DNA of 64,000 bases from Spirochaetia bacterium (GCA_963662795.1 OY759746.1:3840001-3904000); one strand, 5' to 3'; counted from the stretch's first letter, positions 40,659 through 50,903 are shown. Notes: generated by a model from the sequence alone, not told the origin. Numbers and translations are program-made.

Positions 40659-41525
40659 ATGAAAATAAATATATTTTTATTTATTTTACTAATATTTATT
40701 ATTTTAATATCCTGTTACCAGCAGCCTGAATCAGCAGATTCAGGATCAGTATCTATCAGACTTCAGTCAGATATAATGAGGGATGCTCCTGCTGGTTATG
40801 ACGGGGAACTGGTACTTGCAGTTTTCAAGGCTGGAGATCTTGATTCTTTGATAGGTTATTCAGGAGGCAGTATAGCTTCAACAGAAATTTCTTACCTCGG
40901 TGATTTCCCGACTCCGTTGCTGGCAAACAATTCAGTACCTTTTACCGGTAGATCAGGAGTAATCTCATTACTGAATGTACCTTCTGACAGATCTCTTTCG
41001 CTTCTTGTCGAACATTATGGCGGATTATACGGAGTAGAGGGAACATATTATCATTCATATTCCGGAGTATCTGATACATTTGAAGTTAAGGGGGGCGGAA
41101 CCGCTGAAGTAGCAATTACTCTTACCCCAACAACATATGCTGCCGGGATGAGTGTAAATAAATATACTTCCTATACTGCTTCTCATTTCAGATTATATGA
41201 TCCTACACATCTGAGTACAATTTTACATTTCAACGGTAATGAAATTGAATTAATAGATCCCAGTTTTTATGAAACATTTAATATGGAGGATAGGTACGGA
41301 ACAACAGGAACTGTATCTGGAAATAATGCTATTGTCACATTTGATGTTGCGGATGCTATTCTTCCAGGAAGAAAGACACGTGTACTTGTCAGTGAAAATC
41401 AAACCATCTCTCAAAATAATTTCATAGGAATATCTAATGAATTTGAACTGAGACCTGGATTATCAGATTATGTAACTGTAACATATTATCAGTACACTTC
41501 AAGCAGTTCCTGGAACTACAGCTAA
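40659..41525 (+). CDS. Variable lipoprotein (module gene D, copy 2; probably two beta-sandwich domains)
   Basis: AAGGAG RBS; ISC|Y lipobox; FEVKGGGTAEVAITL and FELRPGLSDYVTVTY domain ends. Confidence 0.8.
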   Translation: MKINIFLFILLIFIILISCYQQPESADSGSVSIRLQSDIMRDAPAGYDGELVLAVFKAGDLDSLIGYSGGSIASTEISYLGDFPTPLLANNSVPFTGRSGVISLLNVPSDRSLSLLVEHYGGLYGVEGTYYHSYSGVSDTFEVKGGGTAEVAITLTPTTYAAGMSVNKYTSYTASHFRLYDPTHLSTILHFNGNEIELIDPSFYETFNMEDRYGTTGTVSGNNAIVTFDVADAILPGRKTRVLVSENQTISQNNFIGISNEFELRPGLSDYVTVTYYQYTSSSSWNYS

Positions 41526-41536
41526 AGCTGACTCAA

Positions 41537-43324
41537 GTGATTAAAGAAAAATATATCCCGGGTCCTGCAGCATTTTTCGCTGTAGATCCCGGGAATTTTA
41601 TTGTTTATAATTTTTTAACAAAAAAAATATCTAAAATAACTAAAACCAAGGCTTACAAATATTCACAATTATCAGGTATTAAAACCATTGATCAGCACAA
41701 AAAAAATCAGGTTAATCAATCTGAATCCATTTCAACAATCAATGATTATGATTATTTATTTTCAACTTTTATTAAAAATAAACTTCTCTGTCCTCTGTCT
41801 TTTTTTAAAGATTCTAATAAGAATTTAGATACTAATTATACAATAACATTTATTACATCAAACAGACCGGAATTACTTACAAATGCGTTAAATAGTCTTG
41901 CAGAAAAAATATATATCAATCATAAAGATCTGCCTATCATGGTATTTGATGACTCATCTGAACCAGAAATAACGGAAATAAACAAAAGTTTAAGTAATGA
42001 GATTAAAAATAAATTCGGAATAAAAACATTCTACTTTGGGATAAAGGAAAAACTACAATTTATTGATTTACTTAACTCAAAAACAGAAGGGAAAATAATC
42101 AATAAAGATATATTAAAATTTGCAATTCTGGGGTTTCAGCAGAATTCACCCCTTAAAGGGCCGGGTGGAAACAGAAATACAGCTCTCTTAAAACTTGCCG
42201 GAAAAAAAGTAATCAGTTTTGATGATGATATACAATATCGTTTTGTCACTCACCCTGAAATTAATCATGATATGGAAATAGCATATTTGAAAGATCCGGA
42301 AGGTGATCTGTTTTTAAATATATTCAGGGCAGGTGATAAAATTATTAATTCTGAAATTGATCCCATTGGTTATATTAAAGAAATTCTGGGAAAAAGCATT
42401 AAAACACTCATAAAAAAAACAGAAATAAATAACGGGACTTTATTTACAGATAATTTCAGACCAGAGCCTGTTTTTTCACTTGCAAACCAAGAAAGCTCAA
42501 TAAAAGCTGCAATCTTTGGTATATATGGGGGAAGATGGTACAGCAGCCCTTTTGGAATCTATTTCAAAAACAATCCTGATAAAATAGTTTTCAAAAAAAA
42601 ATCTGAATATACCAGCATAAAGGAAAAACCTGTATCTTTAATGCTTCCACATCGCCTCACGTTGAGCAGAGCACCATTCTTTGTTGCAACAGCCATGGGA
42701 ATGGATGCAGGGAATATCCTCCCGCCATTCCCGCCATATGGGAGAAATCAGGATGGAATTTGGGCAGCTGTAATGCTTGCATTAAACCAAAATGCATTTA
42801 TATCACATATCCCTATTGCAATCTATCACGAGATGAGCAATAAAAATATTTTTACAAATGATGACTATAAAGATGCTTCAGTAGGTTTCGGCATTATTAC
42901 CGTGTTATTGATAGAACACTGCAGGAAAAAACTTATATCATTATACAGTAAAGCAACTTATGAAACACTGGGAAATCAGCTTTTCAATATATCTCAGATA
43001 ACAGATAAACATTTTATTTCATTATGTCACGAGCTCTGGCTTGATTATACAGGAAATACAATATGCAACATTGAAAAGAAACTTACTGATAATAAAAGAA
43101 AACCAAAACACTGGGCTGAAGATATGGATAAATTTATCGATTTGCTGGAAAAACAATCATTAGACCCTGGAAACGCACTTCCGAGAGAACTAAGAGACAA
43201 TTACCCAATAGAGAAGACAATAAGGATATACAAATTATTTTTTAAAGATTATGGAAATCTCTTAAAAAGCTGGCCCATTATATGGGAAGAAGCTTTTAAT
43301 TTGAATATTGAAAAGGAAAACTGA
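41537..43324 (+). CDS. GT2/GT-A-like glycosyltransferase with extra N-terminal domain (paralogue 1)
   Basis: ITSNRPELL, VFDDS, GGNRN, SFDDD, RNQD; AT-rich. Confidence 0.7.
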   Translation: MIKEKYIPGPAAFFAVDPGNFIVYNFLTKKISKITKTKAYKYSQLSGIKTIDQHKKNQVNQSESISTINDYDYLFSTFIKNKLLCPLSFFKDSNKNLDTNYTITFITSNRPELLTNALNSLAEKIYINHKDLPIMVFDDSSEPEITEINKSLSNEIKNKFGIKTFYFGIKEKLQFIDLLNSKTEGKIINKDILKFAILGFQQNSPLKGPGGNRNTALLKLAGKKVISFDDDIQYRFVTHPEINHDMEIAYLKDPEGDLFLNIFRAGDKIINSEIDPIGYIKEILGKSIKTLIKKTEINNGTLFTDNFRPEPVFSLANQESSIKAAIFGIYGGRWYSSPFGIYFKNNPDKIVFKKKSEYTSIKEKPVSLMLPHRLTLSRAPFFVATAMGMDAGNILPPFPPYGRNQDGIWAAVMLALNQNAFISHIPIAIYHEMSNKNIFTNDDYKDASVGFGIITVLLIEHCRKKLISLYSKATYETLGNQLFNISQITDKHFISLCHELWLDYTGNTICNIEKKLTDNKRKPKHWAEDMDKFIDLLEKQSLDPGNALPRELRDNYPIEKTIRIYKLFFKDYGNLLKSWPIIWEEAFNLNIEKEN

Positions 43325-43326
43325 AT

Positions 43327-45135
43327 TTGACTGATAAATATTATCCTGCTTTTCTTGAATTTAAAAAAGCAGGTGAAAACAAATATTTCGTTTTAAACAG
43401 AAATGATCAAACAACACATATCATTAGTAGTTTTGAAGGAGAACTTTTGAGGAGTCTTTCAGGTTGTAAAACATGGGAAGAACATCTGGAGAATATCAGG
43501 GAAACTGATAAATATGGAATAGCAGATGCTGTTTTACTAAAAAGCTTCAACAATTGGATTGATAGAGGATTTCTCCGAAATGAAATACTTATTTCAAACC
43601 CAGGAATAAACAAATATTCAGACAATGAGAAGCAGCAAATTATTTCTGGATGCATAACCTGTAATCGCCCTGACATGCTGGACAGATGGCTGAAATCGAG
43701 GGTAAGAACACCAGATTATAAAGAGAAAAAAACCCAAATTCTGATATGCGATGATACTATAAATTCCAAAATATCTGAAAGAAATAAAAATATTATAAAC
43801 AATCATAAAAAAGATTATGCCGGAAAAATTGCATACGTTGATAACAGAAAAAAGAAAATACTATCAGAATTGATAACACAATCAATATCTCATGATTTGC
43901 CAGAAGGCCTTGTTGATTTTGGTTTGTCTTTAGATGAAAATTTACATGTCAAAAACACAAGAGGCGGAAATAGAAATACAATGACACTTGCATCTGCCGG
44001 ATTCACTCTGTATTCAAGTGATGATGATATTGAATACAGTTTTTTCTCACGTCAAAACCAGCAATCAGATGAATATCATTTTGTTGATAATTTCAATTCG
44101 CCAACAACTTTTTATCCAGATATGAACTCCCTGAATTCAGGTATTACCTCTTTAGAGAAAATCAATCTATTAAAATGTTTTGAATCATTTATAGATTCAG
44201 ATATATCATCTCTTTTTAAAAACAATGCTTCTGTTTTTCTTGATAATATAACAGCAGAATCTGCCATGTTTGCTGAACAAAATATACTCCAGATCAGGGC
44301 AATTGGTGCAGGTTATTGCGGCGGCAGATGGTATCAGAATCCATTTATACCGCTGTTCCAGCAGGATAGAGAGAGAGAACTTTTTTTTTACGACTATGAA
44401 AATTATAAATTTATCAGGAATAATGGATTGAATATAAAATCAGCAGACAACTATACCCTTCACAACGACAATTTTCTAATGGGTGGGACCTTTTGTATAA
44501 ATAATAAGAATATCATTTCACCGTGCCTTCCCAGAGGAAGAAGGGATGATACGAACTTTGCAATTATCCTTAACAAGTGCCTTGAGCCTGGACTTACACT
44601 TCATCTCCCTTTTGCTTTGTATCACAATCCTGATGAAAAACCTCCGTTTTCAAAGAAGAATTTTATGGATGTATCTCTGGAAACAGGAATATACTCTAAT
44701 CTACTTCTTGAAAAACTTACTTCATCGTTTCTAAATCCGGGGAGAAAAGAACGCTTACAAGAACTTGGCTTTCGTTTTCAGGAATTCGGGAAGCTTAAAA
44801 CACCTGATTTTGAAGAGCAGCTTAAACTCATGCAGCTGGGATTTTTAACAAAGATAATGAATCACATAAGTTATCTTCTTGATCTTTATGAAAGAGAGCC
44901 CATCTGGTGGGCGGAGGATATGGAAAAATATTACGAGCTGCTTAAAAAGGAAGCATTGTCATCTGAGAGTGTAGTGCCGAGTGAACTTCGCAGTTCAGGC
45001 ACAAAAGAGGAAAGCCTTGCAGCTTTTCAGAATTACATTTTCAAATGCGGTGAGATGCTGCAATGGTGGCCGGAAATATGGGAAGCTGCCAGAGTGATAA
45101 ACCAGGAAGGAAGAGGTCCAATAGATATTGATTAA
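43327..45135 (+). CDS. GT2/GT-A-like glycosyltransferase with RRE/PqqD-like N-terminus (paralogue 2)
   Basis: ITCNRPDML, ICDD, GGNRN, SSDDD, RRDD; shares GGRWY, WAEDM and WP.IWE.A with the upstream paralogue. Confidence 0.7.
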   Translation: MTDKYYPAFLEFKKAGENKYFVLNRNDQTTHIISSFEGELLRSLSGCKTWEEHLENIRETDKYGIADAVLLKSFNNWIDRGFLRNEILISNPGINKYSDNEKQQIISGCITCNRPDMLDRWLKSRVRTPDYKEKKTQILICDDTINSKISERNKNIINNHKKDYAGKIAYVDNRKKKILSELITQSISHDLPEGLVDFGLSLDENLHVKNTRGGNRNTMTLASAGFTLYSSDDDIEYSFFSRQNQQSDEYHFVDNFNSPTTFYPDMNSLNSGITSLEKINLLKCFESFIDSDISSLFKNNASVFLDNITAESAMFAEQNILQIRAIGAGYCGGRWYQNPFIPLFQQDRERELFFYDYENYKFIRNNGLNIKSADNYTLHNDNFLMGGTFCINNKNIISPCLPRGRRDDTNFAIILNKCLEPGLTLHLPFALYHNPDEKPPFSKKNFMDVSLETGIYSNLLLEKLTSSFLNPGRKERLQELGFRFQEFGKLKTPDFEEQLKLMQLGFLTKIMNHISYLLDLYEREPIWWAEDMEKYYELLKKEALSSESVVPSELRSSGTKEESLAAFQNYIFKCGEMLQWWPEIWEAARVINQEGRGPIDID

Positions 45136-45189
45136 GTGTTCCCGGTGATTTTTTAAAAAACCCCCGGCAGAAAAATAAGGAAAATAAAA

Positions 45190-46167
45190 TTGAAAAAAAT
45201 ACTTGTTACAGGCGGCGGCGGTTTTATCGGCTCGCACCTGTGTGAAAAACTTTTAAATGACGGTAATTCTGTTATCTGCCTTGATAATTTTTACACCGGC
45301 AGCAGATATAATGTTGAGCACTTAACCGGTAATAAATATTTTAAACTCCTGATTCATGATGTAACTGTTCCGGTCAATATTGAAACAGATCAGATATATA
45401 ATCTTGCATGCCCGGCAAGTCCTGTTCATTATCAGTCCGATCCGGTACAGACAATAAAAACGTCTGTTCAGGGCGCAATTAATATGCTTGAACTCGCTAA
45501 AATAACCGGAGCGCGAATTCTTCAGGCTTCAACATCAGAGGTTTACGGAGATCCGGAAGTTCATCCCCAGAAAGAAGATTACTGGGGCAGGGTCAATCCT
45601 ATTGGTATCAGAAGCTGCTATGACGGAGGGAAAAGGTGCGCGGAAACCCTTTTTTTCGATTATCACCGCCAGTACGGCGTTCAAATAAAAATTGCAAGAA
45701 TTTTCAATACCTATGGACCAGGTATGCAGTCGAATGATGGAAGAGTTGTAAGCAATTTTATTGTACAGGCACTAAAAAATGAAAATCTTACGATTTTTGG
45801 TACAGGGAAACAGACCAGAAGTTTCTGTTATGTTGATGATATCGTAGATGGTTTGGTTAAGCTAATGAACAGCCGGGATAATTTTACAGGCCCTGTCAAT
45901 ATCGGCAATCCTGATGAAATTTCAATACTTGAACTGGCTGAAAAAGTAATCTCGCTGACCGGTTCCTATAGCAGCCTTGTTTACAACCCTCTGCCGGCCG
46001 ATGATCCTCAGAGAAGGAAACCGATAATTGACCTTGCTGTGAATGAGCTGGGATGGCAGCCTGAAACAAAAATGCAGGAAGGGTTAAAGAAAACGATTGA
46101 ATATTTTAACGGCGTCCTTTCCCGGAAAAATCAGGCTGGGCCGGTTCAATTCAAACCGGCCCATTAA
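45190..46167 (+). CDS. UDP-glucuronate decarboxylase (UDP-xylose synthase)
   Basis: [59 protein letters not shown]. Confidence 0.93.
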   Translation: MKKILVTGGGGFIGSHLCEKLLNDGNSVICLDNFYTGSRYNVEHLTGNKYFKLLIHDVTVPVNIETDQIYNLACPASPVHYQSDPVQTIKTSVQGAINMLELAKITGARILQASTSEVYGDPEVHPQKEDYWGRVNPIGIRSCYDGGKRCAETLFFDYHRQYGVQIKIARIFNTYGPGMQSNDGRVVSNFIVQALKNENLTIFGTGKQTRSFCYVDDIVDGLVKLMNSRDNFTGPVNIGNPDEISILELAEKVISLTGSYSSLVYNPLPADDPQRRKPIIDLAVNELGWQPETKMQEGLKKTIEYFNGVLSRKNQAGPVQFKPAH

Positions 46168-46183
46168 TATTCTATTTAAGGAT

Positions 46184-48916
46184 TTACTTAACTCCCAGGT
46201 TGAATACTCCGTCCCAGTTGGCTGCCGGCGGGGTTTTCCTGTATTTCTGACACCTGTCCATAAATGTTGAGGCCGGCCCGTCTTCCGGCAGGAGTTTTAA
46301 TATCTCGCTGAAAAGTTTTTCCGCCTTCTCCCATTCTTTTTCCTCAAAAGCATCAAGCGCGCCGTGAAACAGTTCAACACCTTCAACAGTTTTACGGTCT
46401 GCGGCCGACTTTTCCTCCAGTATTTCATAAAGCCTTACCGGAGTATTTATTCCGACAACCCTTACCCTGTCGAGCTTTCTGAATAGAAAAGCATCCCCTG
46501 CCTGGTCTGCTGTTGATTCGCTTGTAAGCAGCCATGTTCCGTACTGCTTGTTGACTCCTTCAAGCCGGGCCGCGAGGTTTACAGCGTTTCCCATTATTGT
46601 ATAGTCCATCTTCCTGGGAGTTCCCATGTTGCCGACAACCATCTCGCCTGTATTGACTCCTACCCTGGTAAGAAGAGGTGAAGGAGTAAGAGAATCACGC
46701 ATGAATCTTTCATTAAGTTCCTTTTCCTCCCTCTTCATTCTTATCGCGGACATACATGCCTTGTATGCGTGGTCTTCAAGATCAATCGGGGCACCGAAGA
46801 AGGAGATAATCGCGTCCCCTTCATATTTATCAATTGTCCCCTTGTATTCAAGGATAATGTCGCTCATCGCGGAAAGATAATAGTTAAGAAGCTTTACAAG
46901 GTCCTGCGGATCAAGGTTTTCAGATATTGTCGAGAACCCCTTAACATCGGTAAATACAGCTGTAAGGTTTTTCTTTTCCCCTCCGAGGTTCAGCCTGTCC
47001 GGGTTAAGGATAAGCTGGCTGATAACGTCAGCCGACAGGTATCTTGAAAAGGCGTTTCGCAAGAAACTTTTCTCGCTTTCGCTCTTTATGAATTTCATTA
47101 TTGAAAGCGCAAGAAATGTAAAAAAGATTACAAGGACAGGAGTCAGAATCGGAAGATATATTTTAAGAAAAATAAAGATTCCTGCTCCCGCGAGTATTAC
47201 AATAAAAAGGAAAATCAAACCAATAAATACAACCTTTTTAGGGTCTGTTTTTCTGGTTGTGAATGTTACAAGAAAAGCAAATATTGAAGCTATAATTCCG
47301 GAAATTGAAACAGGCAGCTCTGTAATAAAATCACCGGAAAGGATTGTGTTTGCGACTGCCGCGTGTGTGCCGACATTCATGTAGTTTTTTTCAAACGGGT
47401 TTACGCCGATATCTGTTGTTGATATACCAGTATAGCCCATAATCGCAAATGAACCGGCAAGTTCTTTTTCAAGTATTCCCCTTATTTCCATAAGCTTTCT
47501 GTAATCACCGTCTACAGCGTCGAATACAGTTTCCACTTCACTGCGGATTGCAAGATATTCATCCTTTTTCGAGATATCAAAATCAGGATGGGCAATAATT
47601 TCATCTATACGGCCGATAATCGCTTTTTCGGCGTTCCCGTCAAGCAGCTCTCCCAATCCCTCAAAAAACATTTTCCTCACACTGCGGTATTCTTCCATCT
47701 CTTCCGGGGCCCTTAACTCTTCCAGTATATCGTCCCTGATGCCGTCGCTGTACCTGTAAAGATCAAGCAGCGGGGTATCGCCTCCGTAAAATGATAAATA
47801 TCCAGCCTTATCCATTATTTCAAGGTTCATCATGATGTTATCCAGAAGCTTGTCATGAACTACAAGGTTGTTGAAGGAAAGCTGTCTGAAGCTGTCAGCG
47901 AAAAGTTTTTTCGGCCAGTGGATGAGCATTTTGCCCTCTTCCGTAAGAGGGATTGTGATATCACGTAAAGAACCGTCAGGATATTTCGCTCCTTTTAAAG
48001 TAACGCGGCTGCCTGTTACAGATATATCCGGATTCCCAAGGTAATCAAAAAGAGGGGCAGCTACAAGCTGGGGATAGAGTTTGCCTTCGTATTCTTTAAA
48101 GACATCAATCCGCCGCCTTACGCCGTCATCATCAACGACAACGTTGGGGAACCCAGCCCCCTTCCCTTTTGAAATGATGGGAAGAATTGCGGGCTGAAGA
48201 GATTTTGCCTTTTCAAAAATTTTATTTTTTTCAGGATCAAAGCCTGATACTTTAACAGGTATGTTTGATTTAACATAATCGGTAAGATCTTCCCTGACAT
48301 TGATGAGCTGAATATCATCAGGGAGCATATTGACCGTAAAGAAAGCCGTATCAAAAAGTCTTGCAGTTTTTCCAAGATAGATATCATTATCCCTGGCAAT
48401 ATGCTGTACTGCATCCAGCAGCTGTTCTTTCAGGGAATCTGTAAGTCCCGCAAGGTCGTTGACATAGTCTTCGGCATCCCTCACATGAATTGATCCGTTT
48501 GCAATTGCGGTAAAAAGGCCGGTGATATTGTCCTTAAGCCCTGCGAACTGGCTGCTGAACAGATCAGGGATAATTTCCTCAAGGTAGCGGGAATCTATCC
48601 CCTGGGGGCTTCTGTCCACATACTCAATATCAAAAACAACATAGGCAGTTTCAAACTCCTTCATCAGTATAAGACCGTCAGCGACAATGTCGCGGCTCCA
48701 CGGCCAGACTCCTACCTGGGCTATGGCAAGATCATCTATGTTAAGCAAGAGTATTTCCTGTCTTTCTTCAATTGTTGGTTTTATATTAAGCAGCACATCA
48801 TAAATCCTTTTTTCCGCTACCCTGTATACAGGCAGTAGGAGCAGAAGCGCGAAAAAACCGGAGACGACTGCCGGAATTATAAAGAGTTTCCATTTATCCA
48901 GGATTATTTTTTTCAT
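46184..48916 (-). CDS. CHASE2-domain class III adenylate cyclase (copy 2)
   Basis: Full-length paralogue of 33372..36074: VGVWPWSR, DGVRRRID, FTDVKGFS, DKYEGDA, MDYTIMGNAVNLAARLE, WDGVFNL. Confidence 0.93.
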   Translation of the reverse strand: MKKIILDKWKLFIIPAVVSGFFALLLLLPVYRVAEKRIYDVLLNIKPTIEERQEILLLNIDDLAIAQVGVWPWSRDIVADGLILMKEFETAYVVFDIEYVDRSPQGIDSRYLEEIIPDLFSSQFAGLKDNITGLFTAIANGSIHVRDAEDYVNDLAGLTDSLKEQLLDAVQHIARDNDIYLGKTARLFDTAFFTVNMLPDDIQLINVREDLTDYVKSNIPVKVSGFDPEKNKIFEKAKSLQPAILPIISKGKGAGFPNVVVDDDGVRRRIDVFKEYEGKLYPQLVAAPLFDYLGNPDISVTGSRVTLKGAKYPDGSLRDITIPLTEEGKMLIHWPKKLFADSFRQLSFNNLVVHDKLLDNIMMNLEIMDKAGYLSFYGGDTPLLDLYRYSDGIRDDILEELRAPEEMEEYRSVRKMFFEGLGELLDGNAEKAIIGRIDEIIAHPDFDISKKDEYLAIRSEVETVFDAVDGDYRKLMEIRGILEKELAGSFAIMGYTGISTTDIGVNPFEKNYMNVGTHAAVANTILSGDFITELPVSISGIIASIFAFLVTFTTRKTDPKKVVFIGLIFLFIVILAGAGIFIFLKIYLPILTPVLVIFFTFLALSIMKFIKSESEKSFLRNAFSRYLSADVISQLILNPDRLNLGGEKKNLTAVFTDVKGFSTISENLDPQDLVKLLNYYLSAMSDIILEYKGTIDKYEGDAIISFFGAPIDLEDHAYKACMSAIRMKREEKELNERFMRDSLTPSPLLTRVGVNTGEMVVGNMGTPRKMDYTIMGNAVNLAARLEGVNKQYGTWLLTSESTADQAGDAFLFRKLDRVRVVGINTPVRLYEILEEKSAADRKTVEGVELFHGALDAFEEKEWEKAEKLFSEILKLLPEDGPASTFMDRCQKYRKTPPAANWDGVFNLGVK

Positions 48917-49066
48917 AAGTACCTATCCCCTTAATTAAAAAGTATATGTGATTTTCTTATTTATTTACAACCAATAATTTTGTTTTTCCGGCACGGGGTA
49001 TATTTTTGAGCATTATGGGTTTATAATAATTTTATAATAAATTAATTCGGGAGGATTATCTTAGAC

Positions 49067-50090
49067 GGCCAGAAATTCCTAGCGCAATAAACTAATATTG
49101 TGACAGGAGTTTTAAGTGAGTTACAAAAGAATGAATCTCAATGAAAGAATGGCCATTTTTCAGATGATTTACACCAAAAGATTAAAGCTATCACAAATAG
49201 CAAGTAATCTTGGCCGAAGAGCTTCAAGTATTACAAGAGAAATAAAACGCGGTACTGATGAAGGATATTACAATCCTTTAATTGCAGAGTATGAGCATTT
49301 AAGGCAAAGAAAAAATCAGAGCCCCAAATTAAAAATAGACAACAAGTCATGGCAGCTTATAAAACCCAAACTCCAACTCCGGTGGTCCCCACAGCAAATT
49401 GCCAAATGGCTGGAAATAAATTATCCTTCAGATAAAGTGAGTGATAAAACAATTTATAACTATGTCCATTTCCACATGAGGGGAGAGCTTAAAAAACTAG
49501 CGCTTAAAGATTTAAGACTCAAAGGAAAGAAAAGAAAGAGTGCAAATAAGGACGAAAAACGGGGTAAATTAAAAGATATTACCCTTATAGACGAAAGGCC
49601 TGCTGAAATTAACTCACGGAAAGTTCCAGGACACTGGGAAGGAGATCTTCTCATTGGAAAGGACCATAAATCAGCAATCTGCGTAATAGTTGAACGTAAA
49701 ACTAGGTTTATCCAGCTTGATCTGTTAAAAACATATGATGCAAATACAGTAAGAAAAACAATAGAGAAAAGGTTTAAGAAGATATCTCCTCTTCTAAGAA
49801 AATCTCTGACTCTTGATCAGGGTAAAGAGAACAGTGAGTTCAAAAAACTCAAAGAAAATCTTAATATTGATGTATACTTTTGCCATCCGGCATCTCCCTG
49901 GGAAAAGGGAACATGTGAAAACACAAATGGCTTGATTCGTGATATGCTTGATGAAGTAGATGATTTCAGAAAGCTTTCGCAGTATGATGTATCACGAGTA
50001 GCAAGGCTATTGAATGAGAGGCCAAGAAAAACTCTTGACTTCATAACACCTAAAGAAGCTATTGCCAATTTGCGCTAGGAATTTCTGTGC
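49067..50090 (+). mobile_element. IS30-family insertion sequence
   Basis: Perfect 18-bp inverted repeat CAGAAATTCCTAGCGCAA (49070-49087 / 50070-50087), extendable to 21 bp with 2 mismatches; flanked by the 2-bp direct repeat AC. Confidence 0.9.
49116..50078 (+). CDS. IS30 family transposase
   Basis: HTH (IA..LGR..SSITREIKR), WSPQQIA, GHWEGDL, TLDQGKE, PWEKGTCENTNGLIR, LNERPRKTL. Confidence 0.96.
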   Translation: MSYKRMNLNERMAIFQMIYTKRLKLSQIASNLGRRASSITREIKRGTDEGYYNPLIAEYEHLRQRKNQSPKLKIDNKSWQLIKPKLQLRWSPQQIAKWLEINYPSDKVSDKTIYNYVHFHMRGELKKLALKDLRLKGKKRKSANKDEKRGKLKDITLIDERPAEINSRKVPGHWEGDLLIGKDHKSAICVIVERKTRFIQLDLLKTYDANTVRKTIEKRFKKISPLLRKSLTLDQGKENSEFKKLKENLNIDVYFCHPASPWEKGTCENTNGLIRDMLDEVDDFRKLSQYDVSRVARLLNERPRKTLDFITPKEAIANLR

Positions 50091-50095
50091 ACATT

Positions 50096-50903
50096 ATGAA
50101 AAAGATTATTTCCTCGCCTTTAATGCTTATCTTTTCAATTCTAATACTTACAGGCGTATTTTTCTCAGGATGCAATTCAGATACCACATCCGACGGCGGG
50201 AGATGTTATCGGGACATGGATCAAGGTCTGGGAAGGTGACCCTTACCAGATTCCTTCGGAAGGTGAAGGGCCCTTCGCAGATACCCTGATCTTTGATGTC
50301 GGGGACACCGCACTCGAAGCTGTTTTTTATATGAATACCGAACAGGTAGGCGGGTTTAAGGGAACATATTCAATTAGTGATGATGAAATTGTTGTTTCAG
50401 TGACCCATACATGGAATGAGGAATGGGATTGGGAAGGAGAGAACGATCCTGTGTGGAATGAAGAATCCGATGAATATGTTTTCCTTTTTACTCCCGGCAG
50501 CAGCACTCTTGCAGTAACAGATTTCTATGAAGAAGTTATTGTAATGGATAAGATAACATTTGGAAAACCGGACTTTCTCTCCGATCCGCCGTTTGGATGG
50601 TTTGACGGGGAAAGTGTATATTTAGCATTTGAAGTGACTGGTGAAAATCCTTATAGTTATGTGTGGGGTTCTCAATACAAACTTGGCACATGGGATGCAT
50701 CCGGGACAGAGAACGGATATATACGCACTGTTGTGACTAGTTATAGTATAGGAGACACCGCGCCATACTTAAATCTGAATTGGGGGTTTCTAAATCCTTA
50801 TAGTTATTATAAGGGTGAAGGTATTCAGCTTGATATAGAGATGTATTACGGTGATGGTATTACCACTATCACATTCGAACCTGATACGGCATCCATCGAA
50901 TAA
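50096..50903 (+). pseudogene. Frameshifted lipoprotein (lipocalin-like GTW motifs)
   Basis: ATG 50096 gives MKKIISS...FFSG|CNSD and stops at 50237-50239. The +1 frame from GGCGGGA (~50195-50201) gives GDVIGTWIKVW... continuous with ORF 50331..50903. Confidence 0.75.

Noticed and set aside
49055-50097. ATTAT direct repeat as an alternative IS30 target duplication
   Set aside because: It is asymmetric relative to the inverted repeats (10 vs 5 nt away). The 2-bp AC repeat is symmetric and fits the IS30 family.
50062-50289. 75-aa ORF spanning the IS30 right end
   Set aside because: It starts inside the IS and is out of frame with both halves of the lipoprotein pseudogene.
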